Shown here: one piece after another, positions 8,216-18,100 of the stretch
Layout: every line of letters starts with the position of its first letter
Numbering within the stretch: the first letter of the stretch is position 1
DNA from: an uncultured Desulfovibrionaceae bacterium
GTDB taxonomy: Bacteria > Desulfobacterota > Desulfovibrionia > Desulfovibrionales > Desulfovibrionaceae
DNA: 64,000 nucleotides
Assembly: GCA_964370835.1 (NCBI GenBank)
Contig: CAYJLO010000005.1
Coordinates: 3,643 to 67,642 of the forward strand
Reading direction: 5' to 3'
Notes under the pieces: model-generated
Told to the model about the DNA's origin: nothing
The model's input: the letters and a program-made list of their open reading frames with translations, nothing else
The model's database searches: none
Made by a program: the position numbers and the translations under genes

Positions 8216-10555
8216 ATGATGACAACACCTTTAACCCCCAGTAAACACGTTCAATATCTTATTGAGCATAGGCATGATGCACACGATAGAGCGCAAATTC
8301 CTACGCGCAGGCCACATTACGAAAAATCTTATGCAGAAAATTCCCATGAAGATGTAAAGCTTCGCATTGCAAAGGGTTTCGCGTCATTTTTAGCCGAGAA
8401 AAAAATCCTTATCTGCGAACATGATATTCTTGCCGGTTTTGCCTATCGCTACACATATAAGCCTTCTTCTCCCTTCAATGTACCAGATGATTATGATCCA
8501 CTTTTCCGTCCACCTGCAGGCATAGATACTTTTGAAGAAGCAGAAGCCGGTATTGTGGCCAACGGCTTTGCAGACGATTCAGAAGATGCAAACCACATGC
8601 GTACTTTTGCTCAATGCGTAAGTAAGTGGTTGTATAAGCATTGGGAATCCGGTCATATTATTCCATATTTTGAGAAACTTATTCAGCAAGGTTATGACGC
8701 TTACATTGCTGAAACAGAAAAAGCCTTGGAAACAGCAGATGAAGCGCAAAAAATCGACTTAACAGCCATGCTTATCACTGAAAAAGCAGCTGTGAGTTAT
8801 ATTACGCGCTATGCAGATATGGCCGCGAGCATGAAGGAAAGTGCCACGCAACCTGCGCATAAAGCACAGTTGGAAAAAATGGAAAAAGCTTTACGCCAAA
8901 TTGCTGGTGGCAAAGCCACCACTTTTTATGAGGCCGTGCAGCTTATTTGGCTTAGCCATGAAATGCTCTATGCAGAAAACTTCCCCGCATCCCTTTCTTT
9001 TGGCAGATTAGACCAATATCTCTATCCTTTTTATGCACAAGATATGGCCAAAGGCATACTGACCTATCAAGAAGCCATAGACATTATAGACGCATTATGG
9101 GTGAAATTTGGCATTACTTTACACGGTTATCAAAATGTCACCATTGGCGGGCTTGATGCAGAAGGGAAAGATGCGTGTAATGAGCTGACCATCATTATGC
9201 TTCAAGCTTGTCGTAAAACACTCTTTGACCAACCCTTACTATGCTTGCGTTATCATAAGAATATGCCCGAAGATGTGTGGGCAGAATCGGTGGAGCTTTT
9301 AAAAACAGGCATTGGTTTACCGGCATTTTTCATAGATGATTTTTGTATTCCTGCCAAAGAGCGCATGGGACACAGCAAAGAAGATGCCGCCAATTATGGC
9401 CTTGTGGGTTGCGTAGAAATGTCCTGTCCCGGCAAGGAATATGCTAAAACAGAAGCCCTTAGAGTTAATGTGGGTAAGATTTTAGAAATTATGTTCTTTG
9501 ACGGCAAAAGCAATTGTGCAGATAAAGGCGCCATCATTGGCAATGCTTCCATGCCCTCCATAGCTGTCAGCGATAAAAGTATTAAAGACTATACGTTCCC
9601 TTTATTTACGCAAACACGCCTTCAAGATATTACAAGTTTTGAGCAGCTTGTGCAGTGGTATAAAGAAGAATTCACAGCGCACATGCGTTTTTCCATGGAC
9701 TCCATTAATCGCTTAGACAGTGCCTTGCCTAAATGCTATCCCACGCCATTTCTTTCCGTGCTCATAGACGGTTGCATTGAAAAAGGTAAGGACGTTACTG
9801 CAGGCGGTGCCATTTACAACAATTCCGGCATTAATTTGTGCGGCCTTCCCAATGTAACCGATTCCTTGCAAGCCATTCGCGAGCTTGTATTTGAGCAACA
9901 AAAATACACGTTACAAGATTTCAAAAATGCCATGCAAGCGGACTTTGTGGGCTTTGAAGATTTTGAAAGAGATATTCTTGCCTGCTCTAAATATGGCAAT
10001 GACGAAGATGCTGTGGATACTCTCATGGCAGAACTTGTGGATGCAGCCACACAGCAAGTCCGCACCTATACCAATCCACGCGGCGGGCGTTGGCAAATGG
10101 GACTCTACTCTGTGGAAGACCATGCTAAAATGGGTATGCACACCGGCGCCTTGCCCGATGCAAAGCGCAATGGCGAAGCCATGGCCAGTGCTTTTTCTCC
10201 TGTACAAGGTAGAGACCACGTGGGCCCCACAGCTACCCTTAACTCCATGTTGAAAACAGATTTATCCGGTGCCACCAATGGCATGGTCATGGATATGAAA
10301 TTTACCCCATCCTTCTTTGATAAAAAGAGTCATACAGACGCCTTACGCATGATGATTGATGCATATGCAGAGCAAGGTGGCGGAGAAATTCAATTCAATG
10401 TTGTGAATAAGGCGACTCTCATTGAGGCGCAGCGCAATCCTGAAAAGCACAAGAACCTTGTGGTGAGGGTGTCTGGCTTTAGTGCTGTATTTACCAGCCT
10501 CATTGAAGAAACACAAAACGAAATCATTAAAAGAACTGAGTACGGAGACATTTAA
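8216..10555 (+). CDS. Glycyl radical enzyme, PFL2/dehydratase-eliminase-like, substrate unknown
   Basis: C-terminal glycyl-radical motif VVRVSGFSAVF (Gly754, codon 10475-10477). Cys loop GCVEMSCPGKE (Cys399/Glu401, Cys codon 9410-9412), of the Cys-x-Glu type used by GRE 1,2-eliminases. An AGGGAG RBS precedes the start, which is immediately downstream of its activase. Confidence 0.9.
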   Translation: MMTTPLTPSKHVQYLIEHRHDAHDRAQIPTRRPHYEKSYAENSHEDVKLRIAKGFASFLAEKKILICEHDILAGFAYRYTYKPSSPFNVPDDYDPLFRPPAGIDTFEEAEAGIVANGFADDSEDANHMRTFAQCVSKWLYKHWESGHIIPYFEKLIQQGYDAYIAETEKALETADEAQKIDLTAMLITEKAAVSYITRYADMAASMKESATQPAHKAQLEKMEKALRQIAGGKATTFYEAVQLIWLSHEMLYAENFPASLSFGRLDQYLYPFYAQDMAKGILTYQEAIDIIDALWVKFGITLHGYQNVTIGGLDAEGKDACNELTIIMLQACRKTLFDQPLLCLRYHKNMPEDVWAESVELLKTGIGLPAFFIDDFCIPAKERMGHSKEDAANYGLVGCVEMSCPGKEYAKTEALRVNVGKILEIMFFDGKSNCADKGAIIGNASMPSIAVSDKSIKDYTFPLFTQTRLQDITSFEQLVQWYKEEFTAHMRFSMDSINRLDSALPKCYPTPFLSVLIDGCIEKGKDVTAGGAIYNNSGINLCGLPNVTDSLQAIRELVFEQQKYTLQDFKNAMQADFVGFEDFERDILACSKYGNDEDAVDTLMAELVDAATQQVRTYTNPRGGRWQMGLYSVEDHAKMGMHTGALPDAKRNGEAMASAFSPVQGRDHVGPTATLNSMLKTDLSGATNGMVMDMKFTPSFFDKKSHTDALRMMIDAYAEQGGGEIQFNVVNKATLIEAQRNPEKHKNLVVRVSGFSAVFTSLIEETQNEIIKRTEYGDI

Positions 10556-10649
10556 GCGTAATGACGCGGCAGGTCAGTATACGTCTTATGCGTAAGCAAT
10601 TATGCCAAGGCGTATGCTGGTAAACATATAAGCTATAAAGGAAGGTAAG

Positions 10650-11729
10650 ATGAACAGTGTTTTGAGGGTTATTACTTTGTCCGGTGCGTTTTTGGCATTT
10701 TTAATTGGCTCTGGTGTGGCTACTGGGCAAGAGTTAATGCAATATTACAGCCCCTACGGTTTTGATGTTTTTGGTACAGCTATTACCATTGCAGTTATTT
10801 TAATGATTGCTAACTATGGATACGCGTGGGCAGGTAAGCATGGTAATATTGAAAAGGGCAGTGATGTTTTTGCCTTTTATTGTGGCCCCCTTGCCGGTAA
10901 GATTTTTGACTTATTTACTGTGCTGTTTTGCTATATGTCTTTTGTTGTCATGGTGGGCGGCGGCGCAGCTACGCTTGAGCAACAATACGGCATGCATCTT
11001 ATGGTAGGTGCTGTGCTTATCATGTTGATGGCCTCATTCACTGTTATTCTAGGCCTTAATAGTGTCGTGAACATTATTGGTAAAATTGCCCCTGCACTTA
11101 TTGGACTTATTGTTATTATTTGTCTTATCAGTCTTGTGCAAAATGCCGATGGCATTGCTAAAAATATTGCAGCCATTAATGATGGTAGTCTTAAAGTTAC
11201 CAAAGCCGGAACCAACTGGTTTACGTCTGGCGCTTCGAACGGGGGCTTTTGTATTTTATGGCTTGCCGGCTTCACCGCTGCTCTTGGTATAAAAGAAGAT
11301 TTTCGTACCTTAATGCGAGCAAATATAGCCTCATCCATTGCGCTTGTCATTGTAAATATGATTATCGGTTTTGCCATTTTAGCGCAAATGGATGTGCTGA
11401 GCACCACACAAATTCCTAATTTGATTATTGCAGAGGGTATTTGGGGGCCTTTAGCGTATATTTTTGGTGTACTTATCTTTATTGCTATTTACACCACAGC
11501 TTGTCCACTTCTTTGGACCACAAGCTCTCGTTTCGCCCCAGAAGGCAGTGGTAAATTTAAAATTGTCACTTTGGTACTTGCTCTTGTGGGTATGGGGATT
11601 GCTCTTTATTTGCCCTTTAATATTTTAATGAACTATATCTACACCATAAATGGTTATCTGGGCTTTGTTGTTTTACTTATCATGTGTGTTCGTATGTTTA
11701 TCATGATTCGTAATAGTAAAGTAAAATAA
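10650..11729 (+). CDS. Polytopic membrane protein, YkvI-like (APC-fold) putative transporter
   Basis: About 10-11 hydrophobic helices. The N-terminal GSGVATGQELMQYY resembles the GAGFA(S/T)GxE motif of the YkvI family. An AAGGAAGG RBS precedes the start. Co-oriented with the GRE and directly downstream of it. Confidence 0.6.
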   Translation: MNSVLRVITLSGAFLAFLIGSGVATGQELMQYYSPYGFDVFGTAITIAVILMIANYGYAWAGKHGNIEKGSDVFAFYCGPLAGKIFDLFTVLFCYMSFVVMVGGGAATLEQQYGMHLMVGAVLIMLMASFTVILGLNSVVNIIGKIAPALIGLIVIICLISLVQNADGIAKNIAAINDGSLKVTKAGTNWFTSGASNGGFCILWLAGFTAALGIKEDFRTLMRANIASSIALVIVNMIIGFAILAQMDVLSTTQIPNLIIAEGIWGPLAYIFGVLIFIAIYTTACPLLWTTSSRFAPEGSGKFKIVTLVLALVGMGIALYLPFNILMNYIYTINGYLGFVVLLIMCVRMFIMIRNSKVK

Positions 11730-11755
11730 CGCTTTGATTCCATAGCTATTCATAT

Positions 11756-11791
11756 GTTAAAGGCTCTTGAGTATACTCAAGAGCCTTTAAC
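11756..11791. terminator. Strong hairpin between convergent genes (candidate bidirectional terminator)
   Basis: GTTAAAGGCTCTTGAG tata CTCAAGAGCCTTTAAC forms a perfect 16-bp stem with a 4-nt loop. It lies 27 nt after the transporter stop, in the gap between the convergent transporter and adhesin genes. Confidence 0.6.
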
Positions 11792-12056
11792 ATTTCCAAT
11801 TTCATAATATCTTTATAAAAAGTAAATCAATCCTATCGCTTATTGTATTGGGATCTGATTTGTGCAAAATTTGCAACATATTTTCCATGAAGTCGAAGGT
11901 TGTTGCACGACAAAGCTTAACCCGTCACAACTCATCATACTCCTATCCACGTCATTATCATGGCGCTGCATGATGCAGTTGCAAGGCCGCTAACCACTGC
12001 ATTTTTGTTGAAATGAATGACTATTTTTGCTGATGCGTTACGCACATTCGGTGCGC

Positions 12057-12130
12057 AAAAAAGCCCCGCCGCGTGCTTGTCTCTTGCATTACCAATGAAA
12101 GTAGAGAGGAGACAGGCCCATGACGGGGCT
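12057..12130 (-). terminator. Compound stem-loop plus U-tract after the adhesin gene
   Basis: On the minus strand, AGCCCCG (12124-12130) pairs with CGGGGCT (12062-12068), with a nested TGTCTC/GAGACA stem inside, followed by T6. The structure begins about 15 nt after the TAG stop. Confidence 0.4.
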
Positions 12131-12145
12131 ATACGAATGGTAATA

Positions 12146-15100
12146 CTAGCTATTGGTGAGCAGATGGCTTTCAATGAGAACAGTCAGTTTATTATCATCA
12201 CTGATGTATTCTTGATATTCCTTTCCATCAATATTCACAGGGGCATTTTTGCTTTGCCAGCCATCAAGCGCGGCGCTTTTGTCTTGTACAAGGCTTTGTT
12301 GCAAGTCTTGTGCAGCCTTCATATCATCGCCCAGCATAATGACTTCCATATTACTTAACGTAGTGCTGTCCTTGGCAAAGAGGTCTTGTACTTCTTTTAC
12401 CGAATGTAAGCCGCAAAGCAATACGTCCATGGAATCGCTCTCTTCACTGCCGCCATCAATGGATAGGATATCGGCAATATCCATATTTTCCAAAGTGTCT
12501 TGAAGCACAAAGAGGTCATTGCCGTTGCCGCCCATCACTTCCTTATCAGAGAAGTCAAAGTAAATGGTATCATGGCCGCTGTTGCCAAAGAGGCTATCTT
12601 CGCCTGCACTGCCGTATAATATGTCATTACCTTCACCGCCAACGAGGGTGTCATTGCCAGATCCGCCGCGCAGATCATCGTTATCAGCACCGGCTAACAT
12701 GGTTATCCCTTTGGGTTCCAAAGCATAATCTTCACTGGTCAAGGCTTTAACTATGTGGTTCACCTCATCGTTGTCGCCGTCCACAAAGCCTAACTTGATA
12801 TCTTTTCTATCAGCATCAAAAACCATATCCCAGTTTTGGTTATCTACGCTTGTCATGGTGATATCGCCCATGATAACTTTGTGGATACCGTTTTCATAGC
12901 TATAGTATACAATGGTTGGAGATGTTTCCCATTCGGGTGCTTGAATTTCTTGCCAAGTGCCCACGCCATTCTCATCCACAATCCATGCAATGCCAAGTTC
13001 GTAGGTGGCGCCGTTTTTGAGTAAAACCTTTCCGGGGCCATCGCCACCAAAATCAATTTGGATTTGCGCAAAGGCTTTACCATCCACCAGAGTGGAACTT
13101 GTTTGCCCGTGTCCTTCTGTTCCAAAGGGTTCATCTCCCACAATGTGCGGGCTATCATCTTGGAATTTCAAAGTAAGGCCAGACGTTACGCTGGTGCTAG
13201 CACTGTCTCCATCGCCATCGGTTACGGTGATGGTGGCTTTCACATCAATGGCATCTTTTAGTTCGAGATAGTGGTCTTCATCTATTCCTGATTCTGCATT
13301 GATTTTTGTGCCATCTGCATGATCAATGGGGAGATTTTGTTTAAGGCAAACATTGCCAGCATCATCCAGATATACTTCGAATACAATCTCTTTATTCTCG
13401 CCTTGGCCGATGGAACCGTAAATTTTACCACCTTCTTCATAAATGGTAACTTTTTCACCGCCACTTGTAATATTGTAAGAGGCAGTGTCCTTTATTACTA
13501 AACTGTGTTCTGTTACAGTGATGGAGTTATCACTTGCAGCACCGTCAGCGCCAAAATCCGCATGTTCTTTAATTAAGTTAATGGCGAAAAGCGCACTTAG
13601 TTCTTGTTTTGCAATGCTGTTTATTTGTGATTCTTTTATCCAGATGGTGTGATTATAGTCGGTGTTTTCCCCGCTATTATTCTTATCTAGGGTATAAGAA
13701 TCGTGTATGGCAGATTGCAAAGTATCGCGAATCACAGGGCCATCGTCCTTGATATCCACGGTGATTTTTGTGCTATCTCCCAGTGCTGAGTTTGGAGCTT
13801 CTTTGCCATCTTGAATGAAGACCTCGAAGGACACCACATCGTGAGCGGTTTCGTCATACTTATTTACGCTTTCGTTGTCGTTGTGTTTATTCCCTGTATA
13901 CGCTTGGGTTTGGTCATATTCAAAGGACAAGGTGAATTCGCCCGTGTCTGGGTTATGACTAAGCTCTGGGCTAACGATGAGTTGCCCTGCCACGCCATCT
14001 TCAAGGGTGAAGCCATTTGCAGCATCGGTGGAGAGCACATAGATGCCTTTTTCATTCAACGTCACTGTAAACTCTTGACCGCCGATGGTGATCTTTCCAC
14101 CGTCCATGGTGTCTTTGGAGGTGAAGACAATTTGGCCTGTGGCGTTGGTAGATAAATCACTATCATCGGTCAGTAAGTCTGTTTTTGTTACAGTGTTGTC
14201 AGCATCCGTAGGTTCTTTGGGCTCTTCAATCTTAGGTGTATTGATGGTTATGGTGAGTGTAGCATCGTCAGAGTCTTGGTCTGCGTCGGTGATGCTGTAG
14301 CCAAATGTAAAACTATTTTCGCCAGCAGGTAAGTTCTCGCTGGGGGTGAATGTATAGTTACCGTCTTTGTCAAAGAATATGGTATTGCCATGATCGTCTT
14401 CAAAGCCAAAGTCAAAGCCTTCGGGCACCGTGGTTGCAGCTTCCCAACCACCTATGGCTGGTGGGGTGATATCGGCAGAATCCAGCTTGGCAGCAGCATT
14501 TTTCCATCCGTCAGCACCGATGGTATCAGCATTATCTGTACCTTCTTTGGTGCCTTCACCGGTAAGAATATTGCCTGTGTAGCTACCGTCAGCGTCGGCA
14601 GTATCTTCGGTATCGTTCTTGGCAGTGGGCTCAGCATCAGCGATATTGATGACCACATCCACATGGCCTGTTACATCACCATTTTCATTAACAACAGGTA
14701 CCTTTACAGTGAGCTGGTCCTCATTTTCATGGGCATCGTGTTTATGGCTTTCCGTTTGGGTAAACTCAAGGTTACCATATTCGTCTACGGTAAGCTTACC
14801 GATGATGTTTCCGTGTTCATCTTTTACTTGGATTTCGCCATCTTTATGGAGTGCTCCAAAAGTACCGTCCTCTTTTTCGTAGCCAAAGCTTCCGTCTTCA
14901 GGTTTGGTGATGACATCTTTGACTTGATCTTGTTCAGTATCACCAGTATTGACAATGGCTTCTTCAATTCCATAGGAACCAACGGTTATGCTTACTGTGT
15001 CGGCATCGCCGTCTTTGTCTTTGGCTGTGATATCAAAGCTCATATCCACGCCATCAGGCAATTCTTTATGTTGTAATACAAGCCATTGGCCTGTTACGTT

Positions 15101-18100
15101 ATTTACAGTAACCGTATAGTATAGGTTATCATGGGCATCTGTGGCTTTTAGGGAGCCGTCGGGTTGCACTGTTAAGGTGAGCTTAGAACCATCGGCAAGA
15201 AGTATCTCACCATTGGCAAGTTTGAAACCATCTTCATGAATGCCGTCGGCGGTAAGTGTAGTGCCTAAGTCAATGGAGCCTTCGGCTTTGGCGATGTAAT
15301 CGAGAGCCTGCTCAAATTCAACACCATTGGCCGTGGCATATACATCACTGCTGGCAGTAGTCTTCAGGTCAAGAATATCATCTTGAATGGTAACATGAAC
15401 GGAGCCTGGGCTTGTGTTTACGCCATCATTAAGGCTGAAGCCCAATTTGAGAGTATCTTTGGATAAATTGTCTGTATCCGCAGCATTGGGGTTAACCGTG
15501 CCGTCGCCATCAAGGTCATCATTATAATCATTGCCGTTTGCCGCATTGGGGGAATCATGCAGGACGGACTCATTCAAAGTGACGGTGTAATCGATAGTTC
15601 CTGTGGTGGTTTCGTTTGTGGTAACGGTGATAATTTCTTTATAACTGCCGTCATCTTTGCTTCCCACGTAGCCAATTAATGTACCGCCGTCAGCATTCCA
15701 CAACACTTCTTCACCTTCCGATGTCCAAAGGCTCGGTTGTATGTCATTCCAAGAGAAAGTGACATTAACGCTGTCCGAATCGCTGTACACGATTTTGCCG
15801 TCCACGGAAACATGGGAGTCCACAATATGGGCATTGCCATCAAGGTTTTGACCTTCTTTACCATGGAGAGTGCCATTGCCAAGGTACGCTTCGGAAAGGG
15901 TAACATTGGTGGTTTGACTCACGTTAATGATGGGTGCGTCGTTGTTTGCTTCCACTGTAATGGTAAGCTTGGCAGAGGCAGAATCGCCATCGGCATCGGT
16001 GATGGTATAGCTAAAGTCAAAGGGGGTGTTCTCGGTGAAGGCGTCTTTGGAGGTAAAATCATAAGAACCATCAGCCTTAAAAGTGATGCTATTACCGTGA
16101 GTGTCGGTAAAAGTAACAGTGTCGTCGCTTGTGGTCTTTGTCCAAGTGTTATCAGGCGCTGTGAGAGAGTCTAAATCAAGCTTGGCATTTTCGTTTTTGT
16201 AGCCGTCAGCGCCGCTGAGATCTGCATTGCTTGTGCCGCCTTGTGTGCCTTCTCCTGTGATAACATTGCCGCTGGTACTGTTGCCTTCTTTTACGCCGGT
16301 CATATCGTCATGGGCTGTAGGGGCATCGTCAAGAATGGTAATACCCAGTGATGGTTCATTTTTTGATGTGCCACCATTGACGGTAATGTCTAGTTTGATG
16401 TCGATGTCGGCATTGCCGTCGTTGTTTTTGTCACCATAGCTGGTGGTGATATCATCTTCGCGGTCAGAGTCGTCACTGCCAGTATGTGTATAGGCTTTAT
16501 CCATGCTAACTTCATAAGACAGTTGCCCACTATCTTTATCAAAACCTGTGACGGTGACTGTGTAGCCATCAAAGGTGAGGCTTTGTTCACCATCAAGATC
16601 ACCATCTTTAAAGGTAATAGTTTTACCGCCAATGGTCACTGTGTCCACAGCGTCATAGCCATTAATATCTATAAGACCTGTTTGTGTATAGGAAGCGGCA
16701 TCGGCGTCATTGATGGTGACAGAACTGCCTGTGATTTTGAATTCTAAATTTTTCACATCCACAGTAACCTTACCGGATTCCGAATCATTATCACCGTCAG
16801 TTACCGTATAGGTGAATTCAATGTTTGGAATAATGCCATCAGGAACGTAAGGTTTTTCCACGTGCTCGCCAGAGATATTTGCGTTGAATTTGAAGCTCAC
16901 ATGGCCTCCTTCAACGACGATATCACCAATTTTTTGGCCTTCGTGCCACACCTCAGTGCCGTTTTCTATGCTAAATACGGAATTAGCTTCAACATTAAAT
17001 GTAAGAGTAGCGCCTTCTTGGTCTGCTCCGTACGCAAAGGTAAAGAGGTCAACTTCGTTTATGGATGTACCTGTGCCTAAAACCACCGTGATATCATTGC
17101 CATCGGTTTTATCTGTATCTGTCCACGCTGCGGTGACGGTGGGGCCATCATCGTTGATATGCACGTCGATGTTTGCATTTAGGCCTTGCCCTGCGCTGTC
17201 ATTGCTATCTTGAATAAATACTTCCAAAGATTCTGCACTGTTTTTAGTTTCACCATGGTTGCTTGTATTTGTGTGACTAAGATAGGGCTTGGTTTGTGTG
17301 TAGGTATAGTCCAGTGTAAAGCTTCCGGTGGTGTCATCAGACGGACCGGTAATATCAAAGGTGAATTCTCCGTATTGACCAGTAACGGTGATGGACTCAG
17401 GGGAGAGAGTCCATGTGCTGTCAGTATTTTGGGACACGGTGAATTCTTGGCTTTCATTGATACCATCGCCATCGGCATCAAAGCCTAAATCAAGGGTGAT
17501 TTTACCGCCATTCATGCTTTCAACAGAAGTGAATACAATGGAATTGGAACGTGTAATATCTGCATTTTTATCATATTCAGTGCCGTGTTCCAGCTCAGAA
17601 TCGTCCGTTGTTACAAAAGAGTTCCCGCCATCTGGGCTAACAATTTGGGGTGCATCGTTGGTGCCGTTAACGGTGATGGTGAGGTCTTTAGAATCATGCG
17701 CACCGTGCTTGTCGGTGGTGATTATTGTGAAGTTTTCTTCTTTGTTGTCGGTGTCACCGAGTGCATCCACTGCGGCTTTTTGCGCATCGGTCACACCTAA
17801 GGTGTAAGTATAGGTTTCATCGTCATGGATAACCAAATTACCGTAGGTACCTTCAACGGTGACAGAGCCAGTCATGATGCCATGGGCATCAGGTGTAATG
17901 CTACCTTTGCCACCTTCGGCGGTGATGGTTTGGATATTTCCATCGTTATCGACATCATCCGTAGACCATGTTCCTATGGCGGTAAGGTTATCGTCACTGG
18001 TGTCATGGGGAGTGTTATCTTCTTTTACAATAGAATCTGTGGGAGTAAGTGTAAGTTCAGGCTTATCGTTGGTACCTGTAATGCTCACTTCAATGGTTTG

